Source: a virus (lineage: Duplodnaviria > Heunggongvirae > Uroviricota > Caudoviricetes). Taken from it: 46,863 nucleotides of DNA. A model generated the notes under the pieces. That model was not told the DNA's origin and made no database searches. It worked only from the letters and a program-made list of their open reading frames with translations. Numbering within the stretch: position 1 is the stretch's first letter; each line of letters starts with the position of its first letter. Both the position numbers and the translations under genes were made by a program. The stretch lies in IMG/VR virus record IMGVR_UViG_2541047864_000006; one strand, written 5' to 3'. Below, piece after piece: positions 41,053 through 46,863 of the stretch.

Positions 41053-43764
41053 ATGGCAGCAGTAAAAATCTCAGGTGTGCTGAAAGATGGTGCGGGAAAA
41101 CCAATACAGAACTGCACTATTCAACTGAAGGCAAAGCGTAACAGCACCACGGTACTGGTGAACACGGTGGCCTCTGAAAATCCGGATGAAGCCGGGCGTT
41201 ACAGCATGGACGTTGAGTATGGCCAGTACAGCGTTATCCTGCTGGTTGAAGGTTTTCCGCCTTCACATGCCGGAACCATTACCGTCTATGAAGGTTCCAG
41301 ACCAGGTACGCTGAATGATTTTCTCGGTGCCATGACGGAAGATGATGTCATGCCGGAGGCATTGCGTCGTTTTGAGGAAATGGTGGAAGAAGCGGCACGC
41401 AACGCTGAAGCCGCCTCTCAGAGCGCAGCGGCGGCAAAGAAATCCGAAACTGCAGCGGCATCATCGAAGAACGCGGCGAAAACCTCAGAAACGAATGCAG
41501 CTAACAGCGCACAGGCGGCAGCGGCCTCGCAGACTGCATCGGCAAACTCCGCAACAGCAGCTAAAAAATCAGAAACCAACGCGAAAAATAGCGAGACAGC
41601 CGCAAAGACGAGCGAAACCAACGCAAAGTCCAGCCAGACGGCAGCGAAGACCAGCGAAACGAATGCCAAAACCAGTGAAACTGCAGCAAAAAACAGCCAG
41701 GTTGCAGCAGCCCAAAGCGAGAGCGCGGCAGCCGGTTCTGCGACTTCAGCAGCTGGATCAGCAACTGCTGCGGCTAACAGCCAGAAAGCTGCGAAGACGA
41801 GTGAAACTAACGCAAAGTCCAGCCAGACGGCAGCGAAGACCAGCGAAACGAATGCCAAAGCCAGTGAAACTGCAGCAAAAAACAGCCAGGTTGCAGCAGC
41901 CCAAAGCGAGAGCGCGGCAGCCGGTTCTGCGACTTCAGCAGCTGGATCAGCAACTGCTGCGGCTAACAGCCAGAAAGCTGCGAAGACGAGTGAAACCAAC
42001 GCAAAGTCCAGCCAGACGGCAGCGAAGACCAGCGAAACGAATGCCAAAACCAGTGAAACTGCAGCAAAAAACAGCCAGGTTGCAGCAGCCCAAAGCGAGA
42101 GCGCGGCAGCCGGTTCTGCGACTTCAGCAGCTGGATCAGCAACTAACGCAAAGTCCAGCCAGACGGCAGCGAAGACCAGCGAAACGAATGCCAAAGCCAG
42201 TGAAACTGCGGCGAAAAGCAGTCAGGATGCAGCGGCCCAAAGCGAGAGTGCCGCAGCCAGTTCTGCAAGCGCGGCGGCTGCTTCTGCTACTGCATCAGCT
42301 AACAGTCAAAAAGCAGCAAAAACCAGTGAAACCAACGCAAAGGTGAGCGAAACAGCGGCTGCGAGCTCAGCGAAAGCATCGGCAGCAAGCCAGACGGCAG
42401 CTAAAGCAAGCGAAGATGCAGCCAGAGAGTACGCAAGCCAGGCTGCGGAGCCGTATAAATATGTCTTACAGCCGCTGCCTGATGTGTGGATACCATTTAA
42501 CGATTCGCTGGATATGATTACGGGCTTTTCGCCATCATATAAAAAAATTGTTATTGGTGACGATGAAATAACGATGCCTGGCGACAAGATTGTTAAGTTT
42601 AAACGTGCATCGAAAGCAACCTATATTAACAAATCTGGTGTGCTGACAGAGGCTGCCATTGACGAGCCACGATTTGAACGTGATGGCCTGCTTATTGAGG
42701 GGCAAAGAACAAACTACATGCTCAATTCGGAAAGCCCTGCCAGTTGGGGGCGATCGTCAAATATGGATGTGCCCGAAACAGGGACGGATAATTTTGGTTT
42801 TACCTATGGAAAGTTTGTCTGCAACGATTCTCTGATTGGGCAAACCTCAGCCATTAATATGGCATCAATTGCTGCAACAAAGTCAGTTGATGTCTCAGGC
42901 GATAATAAACACGTGACAACCTCATGTCGTTTTAAAACAGAACTGCAGGTAAGGTTGCGTATCCGGTTTGATAAATATGACGGTAGCGCAACAACTTTTC
43001 TTGGTGATGCGTATATTGATACACAAACGCTTGAAATTAATATGACAGGCGGTGCTGCCTCAAGAATTACAGCGAGAGTCAGAAAGGACGAAGCTACCGG
43101 ATGGATTTTTGCAGAGGCAACAATTCAGGCAATTGATGGGGAGTTAAAAATAGGCTCTCAGATACAGTATTCTCCTAAGCAGAGCGGGGCAACCGTATCT
43201 GGTGACTATATTTATCTGGCCACCCCACAAGTAGAAGATGGGCCTTGTGTATCATCTTTTATTATATCAGGAGCGACGGCGGCGACCCGCGCAAGCGATA
43301 TAGTTACAGTTCCAATTAAGAATAATCTTTATAATCTTCCTTTTACGGTTCTTTGTGAGGTACATAAGAACTGGTATAAAACGCCAAATGCAGCGCCACG
43401 TGTTTTTGATACCGGCGGTCATCAAACCGGAGCGGCTATTATTCTTGGCTTCGGTCGTTCAACAGATTACGACGGATTTCCTTATTGCGATATTGGAGGA
43501 GCTAACAGACGGGTAAACGAAAACGCATTGCTTGAAAAAATGGTTATGGGGATGCGTGTAAAGTCAGATCAGTCTACGTGCTCAGTAAGTAACGGGCGTA
43601 TATCCAGCCAAACAAAAACCACATGGTCCTATATTCAGAACACCGCAATTATCCGTATTGGAGGCCAAACTACAGCCGGGTTACGTCATTTATTTGGTCA
43701 TGTCAGGAATTTCAGAATATGGCACAAGGCATTGACTGATGCTCAGGTGGGGGAGTCAATCTAA
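41053..43764 (+). CDS. stf: Side tail fibre Stf (lambda-like N-terminus, repetitive shaft, divergent C-terminal domain)
   Basis: ~903 aa from ATG 41053; N-terminal ~130 aa close to lambda Stf by recall; 63-aa tandem shaft repeats; C-terminal ~450 aa differ from lambda and look lectin/LamG-like. Confidence 0.85.
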   Translation: MAAVKISGVLKDGAGKPIQNCTIQLKAKRNSTTVLVNTVASENPDEAGRYSMDVEYGQYSVILLVEGFPPSHAGTITVYEGSRPGTLNDFLGAMTEDDVMPEALRRFEEMVEEAARNAEAASQSAAAAKKSETAAASSKNAAKTSETNAANSAQAAAASQTASANSATAAKKSETNAKNSETAAKTSETNAKSSQTAAKTSETNAKTSETAAKNSQVAAAQSESAAAGSATSAAGSATAAANSQKAAKTSETNAKSSQTAAKTSETNAKASETAAKNSQVAAAQSESAAAGSATSAAGSATAAANSQKAAKTSETNAKSSQTAAKTSETNAKTSETAAKNSQVAAAQSESAAAGSATSAAGSATNAKSSQTAAKTSETNAKASETAAKSSQDAAAQSESAAASSASAAAASATASANSQKAAKTSETNAKVSETAAASSAKASAASQTAAKASEDAAREYASQAAEPYKYVLQPLPDVWIPFNDSLDMITGFSPSYKKIVIGDDEITMPGDKIVKFKRASKATYINKSGVLTEAAIDEPRFERDGLLIEGQRTNYMLNSESPASWGRSSNMDVPETGTDNFGFTYGKFVCNDSLIGQTSAINMASIAATKSVDVSGDNKHVTTSCRFKTELQVRLRIRFDKYDGSATTFLGDAYIDTQTLEINMTGGAASRITARVRKDEATGWIFAEATIQAIDGELKIGSQIQYSPKQSGATVSGDYIYLATPQVEDGPCVSSFIISGATAATRASDIVTVPIKNNLYNLPFTVLCEVHKNWYKTPNAAPRVFDTGGHQTGAAIILGFGRSTDYDGFPYCDIGGANRRVNENALLEKMVMGMRVKSDQSTCSVSNGRISSQTKTTWSYIQNTAIIRIGGQTTAGLRHLFGHVRNFRIWHKALTDAQVGESI
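41599..42190. repeat. Tandem 189-bp repeat (~3.2 copies) within stf
   Basis: Repeat starts at 41599, 41788, 41977 (period 189); last copy carries a 42-bp deletion. Confidence 0.7.
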
Positions 43765-44045
43765 TGAAAGATTTAACACTCAAATTTCCCGACAGGGCCG
43801 ACTTTTCGGCCTTTATGGAGAGCATTGGCTATTATGATGACGAGTTGATGCAGGATGATATTCTTATTGACGTGATAGGTAACGTGTACAAAGAAACCGG
43901 AGAACTGACTGAAGATGGCGAACCGGTATGTGTTAAGGAAGACGGATATTTTGTAAACGTGCGCATCATTAATGATTCGCAAATATCGTCATTATTCGAT
44001 GAATACGTGGTTGCTGTTGAGCATCAACTTCGTGGCTGGATGTGA
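43764..44045 (+). CDS. Hypothetical acidic small protein (possible fibre chaperone/assembly factor)
   Basis: 93 aa, TAATG coupling to stf stop, GGGGGAG SD; lower GC than the upstream structural genes. Confidence 0.5.
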   Translation: MKDLTLKFPDRADFSAFMESIGYYDDELMQDDILIDVIGNVYKETGELTEDGEPVCVKEDGYFVNVRIINDSQISSLFDEYVVAVEHQLRGWM

Positions 44046-44054
44046 GGAAGAAAA

Positions 44055-45095
44055 ATGGCTACATCGACAGTAATTCCTGATGACATCAAAACGCTAAAAT
44101 CCGACGTTAGCAAATTAAAAAACGATCAAGGAAGCTACGCAACAAAATTATATGTAGACAGCAAAGATGAAATCGTTGGTGACTGGTCTGCTTCATGGTA
44201 TCAGCAGGTATTGCCAACTAGCGGAGCTATATTTGGGAGAAAACTCCGCTCAACTCACAGGACGGCAGGTGTTGAGGATGCGTATTGCGAACTATACCTC
44301 AAAAAATGGATAGACAGTCCAGGTAACGCAATGGCGCGCCTTAACCTGAACGATAACGGGACAAACATTTGCTGGGACTTTACCAACCTTTATGGCGGTA
44401 CGATGATTTTTCCCGGTGACAGCGGATACCTCAAAATGGGTAACTGCCTTATGTCATACAGCAAGCGTGGAAGTAACGCGCTTATTAAATTTGATTACAC
44501 CGACACATTACAGATCAAATATGCCAATCATGGGTCAACCATGACATTAAACACACAGGGAACCGCTTATGCTGGTGTTACTGCTCAATTGTGGGGCAAC
44601 TCCAGCCGTCCTGTTGTTTATGAAGTCGGTGTTGATGGTGGCGCTTATATGTTCTATGCGCAAAAAAATACCGATAACACCTATATGTTAAGCGTTAATG
44701 GTGCATGTCATGCCACCGCATTTAACCAGCATTCCGACCGGGATCTGAAAGACAACATTCAGGTGATCGATAATGCAACCGACCGCATCCGTAAAATGAA
44801 CGGCTATACATACACGCTTAAAGAAAACGGTATGCCCTATGCTGGTGTCATTGCACAGGAAGCTCTGGAAGCAATCCCAGAAGTTGTAGGTTCCGCAATG
44901 AAATATCAGGACGGTGCAAGCGGATCGGAAGGTGAAGAAGGTGAACGTTATTACACAGTAGATTATTCTGGTGTTACTGGCTTGCTTGTTCAGGTAGCCA
45001 GAGAGTCAGACGACAGAATAACAGCACTGGAAGAAGAAAACGCAGAATTAAGACAAAGATTATCTGCAATTGAGGCGGCGCTTGCGTCTAAATAA
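44055..45095 (+). CDS. Second tail-fibre-like protein with C-terminal intramolecular chaperone (peptidase S74-like) domain
   Basis: 346 aa; C-terminal DRDLKDNIQVIDNA...YTVDYSGVTGLLVQ...LEEENAELRQRL typical of self-cleaving fibre chaperone domains; GAGGAAG SD. Confidence 0.65.
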   Translation: MATSTVIPDDIKTLKSDVSKLKNDQGSYATKLYVDSKDEIVGDWSASWYQQVLPTSGAIFGRKLRSTHRTAGVEDAYCELYLKKWIDSPGNAMARLNLNDNGTNICWDFTNLYGGTMIFPGDSGYLKMGNCLMSYSKRGSNALIKFDYTDTLQIKYANHGSTMTLNTQGTAYAGVTAQLWGNSSRPVVYEVGVDGGAYMFYAQKNTDNTYMLSVNGACHATAFNQHSDRDLKDNIQVIDNATDRIRKMNGYTYTLKENGMPYAGVIAQEALEAIPEVVGSAMKYQDGASGSEGEEGERYYTVDYSGVTGLLVQVARESDDRITALEEENAELRQRLSAIEAALASK

Positions 45096-45099
45096 TATC

Positions 45100-45124
45100 A
45101 AGGGGCCGAGCGCCCCGTTTTATT
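45100..45124 (+). terminator. Putative rho-independent terminator
   Basis: Stem GGGGC/GCCCC, loop CGAGC, followed by GTTTTATT. Confidence 0.5.
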
Positions 45125-45131
45125 GGGTAGG

Positions 45132-45431
45132 ATGAAAATGGATATAACACCTTTCCTTCATGCGCTTTGTGCTGTGGCTGCGCAGCTACTGGTTGGTCTT
45201 TTTACCGGGAACTGGGCTTACGGGGCGATAGCCGGTTGTACGTTCTTCATTGCGCGTGAACACACCCAGGCGGAATATCGCTGGATTGAAATGTTTGGGC
45301 ATGGCAAGAGGATTAACATGCCGTGGTGGGGCGGTTTTGATCCGCGCGTGTGGGATGTGGCAAGCCTGATGGATTTTGCTGTGCCGGTGGTGGCGTGTCT
45401 GCTGGTCTGGCTGTTGGTTAATCGTGGGTGA
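45132..45431 (+). CDS. Small inner-membrane protein (candidate superinfection-exclusion/receptor-masking factor)
   Basis: ~99 aa with at least two predicted TM helices; located after fibre genes. Confidence 0.45.
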   Translation: MKMDITPFLHALCAVAAQLLVGLFTGNWAYGAIAGCTFFIAREHTQAEYRWIEMFGHGKRINMPWWGGFDPRVWDVASLMDFAVPVVACLLVWLLVNRG

Positions 45432-45453
45432 AAAAAGGTGAGCTGTATATGCA

Positions 45454-45561
45454 ATGGAGGAAGAAACCCCGTTGCTGGAAGCCTGGAAAAAGTATCGGGT
45501 GTTGCTGAACCGTGTTGATACGTCAACTGCACAGGATATTGAATGGCCAGCACTGCCGTAG
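45454..45561 (+). pseudogene. Remnant encoding only the conserved C-terminal ~35 aa of a Tfa tail-fibre assembly protein
   Basis: Translates to [35 protein letters not shown], which I recall as the conserved Tfa C-terminus; in-frame stop immediately upstream. Confidence 0.6.
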
Positions 45562-45658
45562 GGTAAAACATATAAATTCTATAATTAGATGTATCTTTCC
45601 ATTTACGGCAAGGAAGGGGGCTTGGAAGACGTAAAGCATCTCACACCGAGATTATTTT

Positions 45659-46249
45659 TTATATGTCAGGTGTCTGAAGTTTTGCTTTGGCTCTTAAAAT
45701 GGTTTGCCGCGAGGTTTTGAATTCCCGGGCAATGGCACTTATACTTACACCTGACTTAATTCGTTCGAATACCACCTGTTTCTGTTCTTCATTTAACACA
45801 GGTGGTCGACCAAAACGTTTCCCTGCGCCCCGGGCTCTTACTATCCCGGAATGAGTGCGTTCAAGTAAAAGGTCTCGTTCAAATTCAGCGACTGCTGAAA
45901 TTACTTGCATCATCATTTTTCCTGTTGGACTGGTCAGGTCAATGCCCCCCAATGCTAAGCAATGCACTCTGATACCTGTTTCGGTCAGTTGTTCCACTGT
46001 TTTCCTGATATCCATTGCATTACAACCAAGGCGATCCAGTTTTGTCACAATCAATTGATCACCACATTTCAGGCGAGCAAGCAACCGGTTAAAACCAGGA
46101 CGCTCACTGGTTGCTGCTGAGCCGCTAATGTGTTCTTCGATTATTTGCTGAGGTTTGATTTTAAAGCCTGCACTTTCGATTTCCCGGCGTTGATTTTCGG
46201 TGGTCTGATCCAGAGTTGATATCCGACAGTAAGCAAAAATTCGAGACAT
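45659..46249 (-). CDS. pin: Serine DNA invertase (Pin/Gin/Cin/Hin family)
   Basis: 196 aa; N-terminal YCRISTLDQ catalytic-serine motif and C-terminal HTH; matches E. coli prophage Pin invertases by recall. Confidence 0.95.
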
Positions 46250-46337
46250 AGTGAGACTCTATACGAAATTGGTGTACATATCATAATGCATATCCAAAAA
46301 TTATTTCGCTTATTATTGCACATATTTGTATGTATAC

Positions 46338-46435
46338 GTTCGAAAATAAACAAATTCGGATGCAGTCCCGTAATTTTGGTGTAACCTAAAATCGATTTTT
46401 TGAAAAATGGCTTTAACTCGGTTTGTTTTTCGAAC
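46338..46435. repeat. Imperfect inverted repeat (GTTCGAAAATAAACAAA / GTTTGTTTTTCGAAC) flanking palindrome AAAATCGATTTT, upstream of pin
   Basis: Read directly; 90-190 bp upstream of pin start codon. Confidence 0.35.
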
Positions 46436-46629
46436 TCCGGGCGGACTCGAGAAAGACGAATAATAGTGTTGTATGTTGTTTTAGCCAGATTTCAATTTGT
46501 TTGGTCTTGGAAAAGTGGAGCAAAAAGTTGTTAAAGTGGAAAAATGGTAAAAAAAGTAGGTTGTTGCGGAATAACGTAGTTGTTGATATTTTTTAATGCA
46601 TTGAAAAATTATTTTTCAGGGGGTGTTTA

Positions 46630-46863
46630 TTACACTTTACCATTTAAATTTTGGTTGTCTTTAAGAACTGATATCGCTGTTTGTAATAATTCTTTGTTAT
46701 CCAGCCATGACTTTTTCTTTATGTTTCCTTCAATGTAATCAAGCAATGTTCTGGTATTGATAGGTCTTCCCTGTTTTGCCACTTCCACGACAGCATCTCC
46801 CAGGATAATTCTGACTTCAGGAAGCTGCGCGGGGAACCACTTTAGGGTGTCATTTGATTTCAT
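46630..46863 (-). CDS. ydfK: YdfK-like small protein (cold-shock-induced prophage protein family)
   Basis: 77 aa; MKSNDTLKWFPAQLPEVRIILGDAVVEVAKQGRPINTRTLLDYIEG matches E. coli YdfK/YnaE by recall; start codon at window edge. Confidence 0.8.
   Translation of the reverse strand: MKSNDTLKWFPAQLPEVRIILGDAVVEVAKQGRPINTRTLLDYIEGNIKKKSWLDNKELLQTAISVLKDNQNLNGKV

Noticed and set aside
41599-42190. Possible CRISPR array suggested by regular direct repeats
   Set aside because: Repeat unit is 189 bp with no unique spacers, lies inside the stf coding frame, and encodes shaft repeats; no cas genes nearby.
41342-42346. 334-aa Arg/Gln-rich ORF in an alternate frame across the stf tandem repeats, and minus-strand ORF 41418-42194
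   Set aside because: Generated by the repetitive Ala/Ser/Thr/Lys-coding repeats of stf; periodic low-complexity translation with no independent start signals.
45218-45571. 117-aa minus-strand ORF between fibre cassette and pin, considered as a possible inverted tfa/fibre gene of an invertible segment
   Set aside because: It is antisense to the membrane-protein gene and the Tfa remnant, has no fibre or Tfa-like sequence and no start signals.
46338-46435. Inverted repeats upstream of pin considered as pix crossover sites
   Set aside because: They do not match the AAACC-NN-GGTTT core of Gin/Hin/Cin-type sites as I recall them, and they flank only ~66 bp, too short for an invertible gene segment; retained only as a possible regulatory dyad.

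Overview
The window is essentially one near-complete lambdoid prophage from an enterobacterial (E. coli-like) host, laid out in prophage order. Calls are by eye from the sequence and ORF track; similarities are recalled from memory, not searched. Left to right: tyrosine integrase (+), an AT-rich orphan cargo ORF, a leftward early operon (Xis-like, DUF551-like, HD 5'-deoxynucleotidase, YfdQ/YfdP-like), an immunity region (terminator, pL/OL, S24-type CI, OR/pR, Cro), then a tightly coupled rightward operon (iteron-containing initiator, PerC-like regulator, Dam-type methyltransferase, LexA DNA-binding-domain paralog, RusA, SOS box + KilA-N protein, DUF968, Q antiterminator). Next come a late promoter/terminator, cold-shock morons (cspF/cspB-like), a lysis cassette (holin, two inserted ORFs, SAR-type endolysin, Rz/Rz1), cspI/gnsB-like morons, a lambda-type cos site, and a lambda-like morphogenesis block (Nu1, A, W, B, C, D, E, FI, FII, Z, U, V, G/G-T, H, M, L, K, I, J), lom and stf. 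The right end carries a low-GC tail-fibre cassette, a Tfa C-terminal remnant, a Pin-type invertase and ydfK. The architecture is mosaic: Qin/e14/CPS-53-like regulation and lysis with lambda-like structural genes. No rRNA, tRNA or CRISPR array was seen. Best candidates for uncharacterised biology: the integrase-adjacent orphan ORF (1895-2614), the convergent gene pair inside the lysis cassette (16803-17562), the SOS-box/LexA-paralog/KilA-N module (11221-12917), the ORF-free ~600-nt leader downstream of pL (5975-6568), and the replaced tail-fibre distal cassette with an apparently orphan Pin invertase (43764-46249).
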